Below, piece after piece: positions 11,108 to 22,620 of a stretch of 64,000 nt of DNA (its first letter is position 1; each line of letters begins with the position of its first letter). Under the pieces are notes generated by a model. That model worked only from the letters and a program-made list of their open reading frames with translations. It did no database searches and had not been told where the DNA came from. The stretch lies in contig NC_043000.1 of assembly GCF_006345805.1 (NCBI RefSeq), positions 146,878,001 through 146,942,000 of the forward strand, written 5' to 3'. Position numbers and translations under genes: made by a program. Source of the stretch: Octopus sinensis (lineage: Eukaryota).

Positions 11108-12620
11108 GGAAAAAAGTCAAGATAGAAAATGCTAAAATGGTTTTATAAAAACATTTCAGTACCGGTTTCAGTCATTGAGACTTTTTCAACTGTAAGTATG
11201 GAAAGCAATTAAATTTTGGAAAAATTAATAGAAAAGTTTTTTTAAAAGAATATTTGCATAGTGTCCAAATACAAGTGGCATTTTCCTTGTTTCTGCCTGT
11301 TTCCCTCTCTCTCTCGCTCTCTCTCTCTCCCTCTCTCTCTCTTCTCTCTCTCTCTTTCTCTTATTTACTCTTGTGGGTTCGAGGTCGTTGTAAATTCTTG
11401 GTAGGGAAGAAAAGAAGAAGAAGATAAGGATGATGATGGTGACGATAATGATGATGATGAAGAAAGAGAAGGGAGAATAAGAAGGAATGTAGGTAGTATG
11501 ATAATAGTAAGGTGTTAAATGGTCAAGTGATCTAAAATTGACTCGTTATGGATTATAGCAGTGATTGCGACTTTTTTTTAATGAATTCTTGGAAATCTCT
11601 TCAGTGTATCATTTTTAATATTTGAGCGTGTATTTGTGTTATTCTAATGTTTTTGTTTGTTCATATGTTGATATGGTTAATTCGAGATGTGTTCACAGAA
11701 ATGATGAAGAGTTTTGTTCTTACCTGTTAAGGGGAGTTATTTACTTCTATTTCGGACCAACGATTCGTCCTCGTTGTATTTGTCGTATTGCTCCTGAGCG
11801 AATCGTAATTTTGTACAGAATTCCGCGATGTCTTCTTTCATTTCATTGTAGTAGGGGTGTTGTGGAGTGGGTATAAACTTGAGTCCTTTGGAAAGTATAT
11901 TTATTTGGTTTGCTGTTAGTTCTTTGTAAGTTAGATTGTTAATTTTTATCACGTTTGATACCTCCTGCCTGTTTGGTGCTATCTTGTGTTTCTGTGTTTG
12001 CGTATTGGGTCTAAAAAACGATTGTGGTGGTTGGGACGGTAGCTATTATTTAGTTGTTCCTCGTTGTTACGGGATGCTCTGTTGTGATTAATGGTGTGGG
12101 TTCTTGTAACAGTATTGATAAGTGCGTCCCGATATCCCATGTTTGGATGCAGTGTTTTAGGGGGGCGTCGTTGGTAATTATTGCGTGTGGTGCGGTTTGT
12201 TGGAGCATGGTTGTTCAGTAGACTGTTCGAACGAAAATTTCGTTGGTAACTCCTTATGGGTGAGGAGGAGGTTTCAGCATCTATCCTGCGAGTAATGATT
12301 TTTTTTCCTTTCTCTGCTTGAAGTTAGGGTACTCCCGATATTGTATCTCTGGTGGCTTACAAAGTTAGGGTTAGGTCCAGTATTCTTTTTTTGGTAGGAG
12401 GGATGGTTCCGATTTTTAGACAGGTGTGAATCAGTGTTTGGGTTTCATAGTCTGAGAACCAAGTGGCACTTTTCTCCCAGCGTTGAAGAGATTTCAGTTC
12501 TTCTTTTTCACAGTCCTCTTTCCATAGTTTGGAGATCTTCTCTTGATCTCTTGGGTCATTTTGCGAATTTCTTGGTTGATCTCTTCATCGGTGGATTTTA
12601 CTTTATCTTCATATATATAC
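11107..12620 (-). mobile_element. Penelope-like element, internally deleted (N-terminal ORF region plus 3' end with HHR)
   Basis: ORF 11737-11952 NLTYKELTANQINILSKGLKFIPTP...DIAEFCTKLRF matches the conserved pre-RT PLE motif (L.KGL.F.PTP). No RT core follows. The 3' end carries an HHR and abuts (TA)n. Confidence 0.7.
11157..11192 (-). ncRNA. Minimal type I hammerhead ribozyme motif (U3-A8 covariant core)
   Basis: CAG-UUGAAAA-AGUC(UCAAU)GACU-GAAA-CCGG-UA-CUG: stem I CAG/CUG, stem II 4 bp, palindromic ACCGGU helix III, GUA cleavage triplet (cut after 11160). Confidence 0.7.
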
Positions 12621-13139
12621 ATATATATGTATATACACACACACACACATATATATATATATACATATATATATGACAGCCACACACGCGGTTGACAAAC
12701 AGACACCATCTGACCAAATACTACAGACACATAGACACATCTATTCACACCACATGTATATGTATGCACACACACAGACACGCAGAGACACACATATTCA
12801 CCTCATCCTAACCCCAAAATCATTGACGCTTGAAGGAGAGCCAAAAGAAGAAAAAAACGGGTACATCCTTTTCAATTCCACATTTCTGCTAAAACGGACA
12901 GATCAGTAACAACCTCAGCACTACATTAATGTAAATCTTTTTGAATTCATAATATTCTGTACTGAACTTTTTTAATAATTCCTCCTGGAAATTACCCTGA
13001 GATGTATAATATATTTGTTTTAATCTTTCTGCCCATTTTTTCAATGAGCTTGTTAAACCTCTTTATATTCCAACATACTGTTGTACTTTTTTATGTCCGT
13101 AACATGTCCCTGTTACCAAAGACTGTTATATATATGTAA

Positions 13140-13270
13140 GTTAGCAATTTGCACAACCAATAATTAACCGCAACCAACTTCCACATGTTACTTTTTGACA
13201 TCTTTTTCCAAAAGTGAAACCGGTAAAGTAAATAACTCTTTTAAATTGCATTTTCAAACCTTCTTTCGTA
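13140..13270 (+). mobile_element. PLE-like 3' end with degenerate HHR
   Basis: Contains GAAACCGGTA with UUACUU/AAGUAA stem I, ends in GCATTTTC...(TA)n like the 11107 end. The core is damaged. Confidence 0.45.
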
Positions 13271-13412
13271 TATATATATATATATATATTATATAATATA
13301 TATATATATTATATATATATATATACATATAAACAATTATATATACATACATATATATGCATATATATAACTAATAATATTATAATATATATTATATATA
13401 TACTATAGATAT

Positions 13413-13448
<36 letters not shown>

Positions 13449-13942
13449 ATTTGTTTTTATAAAAATATATCTCTTGGTTTACTAAGAAGTAAAAAATGGC
13501 GTCTTGAATTACTAATTAAATAATAAAATACGAGAGAGATATTTTAGAATTGTTCATATGTAATCAGTACGTTTTGCGAAAAGAGAAACTATAGTTTAGT
13601 TAAAGATTTGTATTTGGTATTGTTTTTGTTGTTATAATAATTCGTACTTTTCTGTCAGTTATTTCGATTTTATCTGCACAAATAAATATGCGATTAGTGT
13701 ATATGTACGTGCATAACTGTGTGTATGAGTGCGGTGTGTGAATATGTGAATATATGCATAAATATACATACTGCAAGTGCATGTGTCTGTTTGTGCGTGT
13801 GTGTGTGTGTGTTTTAGTTTGCGCATGTGTGTAGATGCTGAAAATCTGAATTGGCAGCTGTATCCCCACGGTCACATGGTTTATTGGAATAAATATCCTG
13901 CTGTCTATCGTGGTCGATGACTATATAAAGACACATATACAT

Positions 13943-13943
<1 letters not shown>

Positions 13944-13998
<55 letters not shown>

Positions 13999-13999
13999 T

Positions 14000-14053
<54 letters not shown>

Positions 14054-14192
14054 GGAGGTAGGTAGGTAGGTAGATAGGTAGAAGATAGATAGATAGATAG
14101 ATAGATGGATAGATAGATAGATAGAAGATAGATAGATAGATAGATAGATATAGTAAGATAGATAGATAGATAGATAGAGAGATAGATAGATA
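13944..14192. repeat. (GATA)n microsatellite
   Basis: Direct read. Confidence 0.95.
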
Positions 14193-15145
14193 GAAGAAGC
14201 TTATGCTTATATATATATAATAATATAATATAAAGATATATGGAGGGGATAAGTGTGAGTGTATGTGTATGCATATGTACATATATGTGTATACGTATAT
14301 GGACTACACATGAAATAACTGTATCTTTCTAGAGAGTATATTATCTTGGTTTTATTGTAAACTATGCTAAACAAATAAGGCCGGAATCGTTCATGTTTAT
14401 ACCTTTGCCATTCTTTCATTGTGGAACTGGCTTTATTAAAGAAAATCTTCAGTATAAGGGGATCAATTTATGCTATAATTCTCCGATACTACAGCATGAA
14501 ATTCGCTAACAGAAGTGCAGTAATATGATTGGTTCATAGAATGGAAAATAGACTCGCTTATAATCTTCCTTAAATATTGATTTCCTTCTCATATTTTAAG
14601 GTCAATATTGTAAGAGTATAAGCGCACAGGGTCAGATATCATCGTCACACAATCATTGAATAAAATCGATTTTCTTCTTATACCTTAGCTCACTTCTATA
14701 TCTATACTTATGTGCCTGATATATGCGTCCCAATTTTACGTTGGGCGTAAGGTCAAATCTTGAAGTATTCTCCTTATTGTGGCGTATCTAGGGCATGTCA
14801 GCACTACAGCATCCATTCATTTCCCAGCTTAGTATCTGTTGTAATATAGGGAAATATCTGTCGCTTATGCAGTTTTTCTATTGATCAGGAACTTCTATAG
14901 AGCTCTTTGTTATGTAATATATTAAAGTTTGAGTAGGATTGATTATACAAAGCGGGGAAATATAACTGAATGCATAAAGATGTGTACTCGTTTTATTTAG
15001 CTGAGTAGCTGCAGATAGATGGATAAGCCTGAAAACACACACACCACACATTTATTTATATATATATAATATATATATATATATAATATAATATATATAT
15101 AGATATATTATATATATATATTATATATATATATATCTATATATA

Positions 15146-15236
15146 TATAAAATAATATGTTACATTTACTCAATAGTCAAGATAAAACTCTGAGTTTTAT
15201 CTTGACTATTGAGTAAATGTAACATATTATTTTATA
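15146..15236. repeat. Perfect 45-bp inverted repeat, 1-nt loop
   Basis: TATAAAATAATATGTTACATTTACTCAATAGTCAAGATAAAACTC-T-reverse complement. Confidence 0.95.
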
Positions 15237-15286
15237 GATAAATTTCCCCTATTTACATAATATTGAGGTCTCTTTCTTTCTTTTGC

Positions 15287-15359
15287 TATCTTACCGTTTT
15301 TGCCAATATATATATATATAATATATATAATATATATATATATATTGGCAAAAACGGTA

Positions 15360-15364
<5 letters not shown>
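15287..15364. repeat. Inverted repeat with (TA)n spacer
   Basis: TATCTTACCGTTTTTGCCAAT...(TA)n...ATTGGCAAAAACGGTAAGATA. Confidence 0.95.
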
Positions 15365-15401
<37 letters not shown>

Positions 15402-15984
15402 GTACACACACATATATACGTACATATATATTTTTGTATGTATGTATGTTTTCTTTGAGCTTAATTTAAGTTTTCCTTGAGAGAGTTCAAACAAAACGAC
15501 AAGATTTTTTGAGTTAAGAGAGATCCCAGTATTTGCAAATATGTGATTAAGTTGGTGCGTCAATGCATTCACCCAAGTGTGTACACCCATTCACATATGA
15601 ATCTAAGATGGACTATTTTGGGAACGTCTCACAAATCTTCACTGTGTCACTAATAGATTGGATTTAGGGAATCTGCGTCAGTTTCTTTTGCTCTTTATCC
15701 GTGAAACCAAATATCTGTAGTGTCTGGGGAGAGCCATTTTCTTTTTGTGCCTTATAATGTAACACACTCACCGGTAAAATTTCCACTTATTTCGTATTTT
15801 TAATTTCCTAAAATTCTCGTTGCGTCTTGCAACCTTTTCAATAATCTTGGGACATTCAAAGGCTGTTTCGACTGACCTTATGTCTCTACTGCCATCACTT
15901 CGTCTCACATAATGCTGTGCCATTGTTAATATGGAATTTGTTAGTGGTAGTCAGTCATTGAGTGTCCAGCTCAATGTCCCAAGG

Positions 15985-17790
15985 CACAAAAAGAAAATGA
16001 CTCCCCAGACACAACAGAATATGCTTCAACACACGAACTCATATAAAGAATCTTGCAAACCAAATCCAAAAACCAAATATTTGTAGTTTTTTTTGTGAAA
16101 ATTTGTTGGTACATAACCTAATACACCTATGAAGAGAGGTACTAATGAAATTTCATAGTCATGGTACAAGAGCTTTAAGTTTCTCACTGATTCATCAGGA
16201 ATGTTCTCTTTTTCCTGGACTTGAATGTACATTCGCATCCGCTGCACAGCTGACGTCTACAACAGTTTTGTTATGTGTTCCACAGAACAGTATTAGGTTT
16301 GTTATGTTTGCACCGAATTGATGTTTTTATTGGGGTGTTCCACCAGTATTCCTTGCTTTTAAAGGTGTGAATACCTGCTGTTTCTGACATGACTTTGATG
16401 TATACGTCAAGGCAGTCCTTCCTGCAGATAGCATTATAAATAGTCTTTGCAACTATATTATACCTCAGTGGCAGATAAGTCTCTCATAGACATTTTTGGG
16501 GAAGCTGCTGATAATGTGGATGATATCTTCCACTCTGGTATAGCATAGCCGACATTTTTATCACAACGTGAAGGTTTGATGGTATCTTTATCGCTCTTTG
16601 TTTATCAGGTATTTAGCAGCTATCCCCTGTTTCTAGATAGCGAAGATGTCTTTAGTTAGGATGTAATGCATCTTTCTCAGGTCCAGGAAAAGCTACTCTT
16701 CCTGCCAATGCTGTTGTTGCCCTCTAGCTTATGGGATACTTACCCATGCATTGCTTTTGTTAGTATGATGCCTGCTTCTCGTCTAAGCTTCTGTTTATAT
16801 AGGCCAGTCCTGCCTCGTTTGGGTCGCAAGAGACAGTTGCCTTCTCAGAGTACCTGCATGGAATGTACTCATTTCTTTCTTTACTGTTAAGCAGGTGTTG
16901 TCTTCGTGATACAATGCAACATTCAAAGTTTCGACTGACCTTATGTCTCTACTGCCATCACTTCGTCTCACATAATGCTGTGCCATTGTTAATGTGAAAG
17001 TTGTCAGTGGTAGTCAGTCACTGAGTGTCCAGTTCAATGTCCCAAATGTTGTTACTCGCACTAGTGTTGCGAAAGTATTGCGATACGGTTTTGCTAAATG
17101 CAGACAGCTTTGAGTTCCCTATTTTCGGAGTTTAAAGTACTCTTGTTATTCTGGCTTTAGTGACAGCACCAATGTAGATAACATTCTCATCGATTCTGGG
17201 GCACTTGTAGCTTTCATCATTAGAGATAGTGGTGGTAGACAAGCCGTTGATGTACAAGTCCTCTACATGGCCGACAATCTTTCCTCAATTGTCTATCATG
17301 TATGAGCTTTTATCTTACCCAAACTCCGTTCATATATCTCATGAGAATATTGTGACTAGTAGACTAGTAATAATTGTCTCTTACTGTTGACCACATTACC
17401 AGAATATAACTTTTGGTTATCAACAAAAAAATATGTGTGGATGACATTAATTTTATTCTCTTCTGCATATCCCAGCATGTAGCCTTGACAAGGGATTCAC
17501 AGCCAGTACAACAGCATTACAGATAAACTATCAGCCAGGAATATGCCTGTTGATAGCTTAATTCTATTGGTAACAATAGGTGATGCTTTAGTATGTGTTA
17601 GTGGTAACTCTATAGACCATGTTGTAGTAAGTCTTTCAATAGCATTCACAATAGCAGCTGGTACTTTGGCAAGGTGTAGTGTTTCTGTCATCTATTAGTA
17701 AGGCCCAGAGTCGAACACCCCCTTGTAGTCTAGCAATATCTTTAAGAGATTACAGCGATGATGCTTGGCTTCCTTAAGGACAACTTTGTT
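15985..17790 (-). mobile_element. R4/Dong-type (RLE) non-LTR retrotransposon, decayed RT plus endonuclease
   Basis: RT motif TGIFLADSLS (GIFQGDSLS-like); HYVRRSDGSRDIRSVE (LY..R..GGRGL..VE-like); RLE region EYWWNTPIKTSIRCKHNKPNTVLW...VVDVS...QEKEN...LVPLFIGVLGYVP. Many stops and frameshifts. Confidence 0.8.
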
Positions 17791-18334
17791 GAGGAGGGAG
17801 CCATTCAGCACAGACCTTAACTCCATATGTATGTATGTATGTATACTTGTTTCAATCATTGGATAACAGTCCTACTGGGTGCTACCTTGAAGGGTTTAGT
17901 CTAACAAATTGCCCCAGCGTTCATTGTGTTAAGTCTTGTACTATTTTTGTCTGTTTTATCGAGCTGCTAAATTACTGGTACGTAAACATACCAACAGCGT
18001 TTGCGCAAGCACATACAAACACAAATACGCACATATATACCCAAACGCGCATACAAATACTCTCAATAAGACTGAGTAACATCTTGGGTAATGCGGTCAT
18101 GCTGGGGCACCACCTTGAAGAATTCTCAATTGAATGAATCGACCCCAGAGCTTATTTTTCTTTTGAGCCTGGTACTTAGTCTATCGATCTATTTTCCCGA
18201 ACCACTAACTTACGGGGATGTAAACATACCAACACCGATTGTCAAGCGGTGATGGAGGACAGGCACGCACAACACACACACACGCACGCACAAACACACA
18301 CATACATACATACATACATACATACATACATACA

Positions 18335-18365
<31 letters not shown>

Positions 18366-18366
<1 letters not shown>

Positions 18367-18519
18367 GTTAATCCAAACATGAAAACACAAAGAGAAAACA
18401 CAACGCGAGGACGTTGAACAAATATAGTATTATTGGACGCTCAGGAAGGAAGGGAAGAAGGAGGGCTTAACGTTTCGAGCGGAGCTCTTCGTCGGAAACA
18501 TAGGAGAGGGAAAGATCCT
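18366..18519 (-). mobile_element. Penelope-like 3' end nested in SINE A
   Basis: Reverse complement homologous to 1385-1535. Confidence 0.8.
18465..18499 (-). ncRNA. Minimal type I hammerhead motif (U4C core), second copy
   Basis: GUUU-CCGACGA-A-GAGC(UCC)GCUC-GAAA-CG-UU-AAGC. Core identical to 1403-1437; stem I keeps pairing through a G-U wobble. Confidence 0.7.
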
Positions 18520-18899
18520 ACGGGCTTCTTCAAGCTTCCGTCGACCAAATCCCGAGGCTATAGTTGAAGACACTTGTCCAGGGCGTCACGCAGGGGGAAT
18601 GAACCAGGAACTATGTCGTTGGGAAGCAAACTTCTTACCACGCAACGTCGCCTTACTTTATTTACATTGTTTTTTTTTTCATACATTTTACATTATGCTT
18701 TATATTTTATTTTTGCAGAGCACCCATACTTCCATCGTCCCTGGGCATGTCTTAAGATAAAAGAAATAATAGAACCCTTTACACCTGATTCTCAGATAGC
18801 ACTCACTTTTTATTGAATCAAAGGAGGAATATGATTTTAAACAATACAGTCTATGGGCAGATTCTGAAGAAATATTATTTGCCTGGTTTAAACAGGTAT

Positions 18900-19420
18900 A
18901 ACCAACTGTATTAATCGAATGAAACAGCCAATAATTGACGAGTGTTTCGTGGTAGCATTCAGTTCAACTTCAGCATTCACTTTCCAGCGCAGCTTCTGCT
19001 CAAACACATACTAAAACAAAATTTCAGTGACACTCCAACGATTCAATTTGGGCATAAGATATCAGATATCCTTTCTCTTGTGAAATGAAGAATATTTTAT
19101 ATAACAGTCTTATGCTGTTGCGGAAAATTATCATACGGTTAGCATTCCTAAATAATAAGGCTGTAAAACAACAAGGCAGGTAAAAGCGAGTTCGGTCATA
19201 AAATATAAATGGAAGTAGATGTTTATTTACGTTTACTATTTATCCGTTGTTTCTTTCTCTCTTTCCGATTATAATCACATCCTGCCTTTCTCTAGGGATT
19301 AGGTTAGATTTCAACACGTGACTGACGAAGTTTGAAATTGAGGAACGAAACAATACGTGAATAAAGTAAAGGTAAACACATGGATACAGATGCAAGAAAA
19401 GAACGAGAAAATTAGGTAAA
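18900..19420. repeat. Old local duplication, copy 1 (copy 2 at ~20915-21875, split by SINE A)
   Basis: Shared blocks CCAACGATTCAATTTG, CTTATGCTGT.GCGGAAAATTA, TATAAATGGAAGTAGATGTT, ATCACATCCTGC, GGATTAGGTTAG. Confidence 0.85.
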
Positions 19421-19769
19421 GGGTGAAATAAAAACCAAGCAAAAAAGAAAAAATATGGAGAAAAACATGGAATGAAAAAAGTATAAAATGAAAGAATGTA
19501 TAGGTAAAAAAAAAAGAGCAGAAATAATAATCGGAGAATCTGGATGGATTTTCAAGGATAAAAACGTTACTAAAACTTCCAGGAAATATTTCTTTGGATT
19601 ATCTTCTTCCATTCCTGTTTTACCTATTTTGTATTCACAAAGATAGATGCACCAGCAAATGATTAACTATCGAAAAATCCTCTAGATACATTTTCATAAA
19701 TATATAAACAATCTGTCTTGAACACATATAGCAACAAGTGAAAATACGTACTCACGTATAAATATATAT

Positions 19770-19802
<33 letters not shown>

Positions 19803-20944
19803 CTATATGTGTGTGTTGTGTTGTGTGTGTGTGTGGTGTGTATGTGTGTGTGTGTGTCTGTGTGTGTATACGGGTAATATGCATACATACACGTGTATTT
19901 GTGTATATGTGTGCATGCATGTATGTATATATATGTGTGTGTCTGTGTGTATGTATACACGCACATACATACAAATATACATGCACTTACATACACTACA
20001 CACACATGAACATATTCATACGCAAATCTGAAGTCAGAGAAAATAGTTTAATCGCAGGATGGCTTGCAGAAGTCTGAAGCAAATATTCTCTTTATATGAA
20101 GCAAAAATCTTGCAGCATCAATGGTTATAATCTTGAGACAGTGATTCGAAAACTTCAGGATCGGAAAGCACCAAAAACTACTTGAACTTCTGATACAGGT
20201 ACAAAAACATGACTTGTTACAGAAGATATCTTTTATCAATAATTTCTCAGTGGGGGCGCAAATATACCAACCTGGTTAGCGATGACAGAAACAAAAATGT
20301 GACCCCAAAGCAATGCCACTCATATGACGAAAGCTAGGGGCCAATTGAGTACGTTTTGTATATGAAATTCTGTCTGAAACTATTCCTACAAGATCAGTGT
20401 TATATTAATAATATAGTTATAACTGGGAAGAAACGGCATCCAACAATATGTGTACATGTGTATGTATGCAAGTATTTATGCGCGGTGACGTGGAAATACC
20501 TGGAGTTATGCCCAGGCGTGCGGTTGGCCCAATGGGAGTGGGCGGCCCTTCTGTTGTTCTCACAACATCTCTCTAGGAGGAGGAAACTCTGAGAGAAAAC
20601 CTGCAACAATATTCGATGATGTAGATTAGTTCTTTTCGAGTTTATGTTCTCTATGTTCAGAGAGTAGGACTAGATTCGTGCAAGTCATTTCCCCACTAGA
20701 AAAAATCATCATGCAAACGCATCGCTTGAAAAGAAAGTTCTATCACAAAAATGTCTGGTCGTAGCTTTCGAATGTGCAGGACTTTCGATCAGGCGATGGT
20801 AGTACTCGAACATGAGTTCACAGTCATCATGTAAGTATGCATTGTCTACATATCAATGCCAATTATAGTACTTTTACAAAACAAATGACGAATATCTCAT
20901 TGAAATTTATATAATCCACTATATTAATCGAAATATTCTGTAAA

Positions 20945-21106
20945 GGCGCAGGAGTGGCTGTGTGGTAAGTAGCTTGCTTACCAACCACATGGTTCCGGGT
21001 TCAGTCCCACTGCGTGGCACCTGGGCAAGTGCCTCTTCTAGAGCCGTCGCGCCGCCAAAGCTTCTGAGTGGATTTGGTAGACGGAAACTGAAAGAAGCCC
21101 GTCGTA

Positions 21107-21154
<48 letters not shown>

Positions 21155-21403
21155 GTATGTGTGTGTGTGTGTGTGTGTGTGTTTGTGTGTCTGTCTTTGC
21201 CCCCCCCCCCAACATCGCTTGACAACTGATGCTGGTGTGTTTACGTCCCCGTAATCTAGCGGTTCGGGAAAAGAGACCGATAGAACAAGTACTAGGCTTA
21301 CAAAGAATAAGTCCTAGGGTCGATTTGCTCGACTAAATGCGGTGCTCCAGCATGGCCGCAGTCAAATGACTGAAAGAAGTAAAAGAGAGTAAAAAGTAAG
21401 AGT
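20945..21403 (+). mobile_element. tRNA-derived composite SINE, family A (full length)
   Basis: GGCGCAGGAGTGGCTGTGTGGTAAG head with A/B-box-like motifs, internal (TA)n(TG)n, tail ending in (AAAAGAGT)n-like repeats. Confidence 0.92.
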
Positions 21404-21933
21404 ATATAACTGATGAACGTTTCAGTGTTGAGGACATGTTGTTCAACACCATCATTCGCTTTCCAATGCAGCTTCCGCTCAAACAAACACTAAAGACAAA
21501 ATCCTAGTGACATACCAACGATTCAATTTGAGTGTTGGATATCATGCTATTTTGAGGTATGAAGTATATTCTATATAACAAACTTATGCTGTAGCGGAAA
21601 ATTACCATATGATTAGCATTTCAAAACAACAAGGATTGCAAAACAACAGGGCCATTAAATTCGAGGTCAATCTTAAAGTATAAATGGAAGTAGATGTTTA
21701 TTTCAAATTTAGAAGTTATGATTTGTTTCTTTAGCTGTTTGCCCATTATGATCACATCCTGCGTTTCTCTGTGGATTAGGTTAGTGTTCGACACGTGACA
21801 GAAATTTTAAAGTAAAGATTGAAATAAGAGATGAATAAAATAAAGGCATCTATCTAGGATGCAGAAGCATGGAAACAATGAGATTTTAACACGTAATTGA
21901 CGAAGCTGGAAGTAAGATAAATAGACGGATAAC

Positions 21934-22032
<99 letters not shown>

Positions 22033-22055
22033 GCAGTTAGATAGATAGATAGATG

Positions 22056-22097
<42 letters not shown>

Positions 22098-22098
22098 C

Positions 22099-22176
<78 letters not shown>

Positions 22177-22184
22177 TAGGCAGT

Positions 22185-22267
<83 letters not shown>

Positions 22268-22294
22268 CAGATAGATAGATAGACAGATAGATAG

Positions 22295-22328
<34 letters not shown>

Positions 22329-22406
22329 ATACATACATACATACATACAACATACATACATACATACAAACATGTATGTATGTATATATGCAATATGTAA
22401 TATATA

Positions 22407-22472
<66 letters not shown>
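21934..22472. repeat. Compound (GATA)n-(CATA)n-(TA)n microsatellite
   Basis: Direct read. Confidence 0.95.
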
Positions 22473-22473
<1 letters not shown>

Positions 22474-22474
22474 A

Positions 22475-22620
22475 AATCAATCCAAACAAGAAAGCACAAA
22501 CAAACCAAACACAACAACGCGAGGACGTGGAACAATATAGTATCATTGGACGCTCAGGATGAAAGAAGGAAGATCCAGAGAAGGGAAGACAGAGGAAAAA
22601 AAATCGCCAACGGTACACAC
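22475..22620 (-). mobile_element. Penelope-like 3' end lacking the HHR block
   Basis: Reverse complement homologous to 1320-1530 with a ~50-nt deletion spanning the ribozyme. Confidence 0.8.

Larger units (their letters stand above)
18075..18655 (-). mobile_element. tRNA-derived composite SINE, family A (old), with nested PLE end
   Basis: Head at 18521-18655, tail at 18075-18300. The internal microsatellite is interrupted by a PLE 3' fragment. Confidence 0.8.

Noticed and set aside
18719-18895. Plus-strand exon / Tigger-like LFAWFKQ
   Set aside because: Stops in all frames and the similarity does not extend.
20058-20235. Death-domain-like reading (GLQKSEANIL...LRQ*FEN...LLELLIQVQKHDLLQKI)
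   Set aside because: Two in-frame stops and no splice support; the resemblance is by eye only.
20661-20830. Plus-strand exon with good AG/GTAAGT signals (MSGRSFRMCRTFDQAMVVLEHEF)
   Set aside because: No frame is open across the whole interval and there is no recognisable homology or partner exon; such signals arise by chance in AT-rich DNA.
20945-21020. tRNA genes at SINE heads
   Set aside because: A/B-box-like motifs only; no complete cloverleaf, and they continue into SINE bodies.
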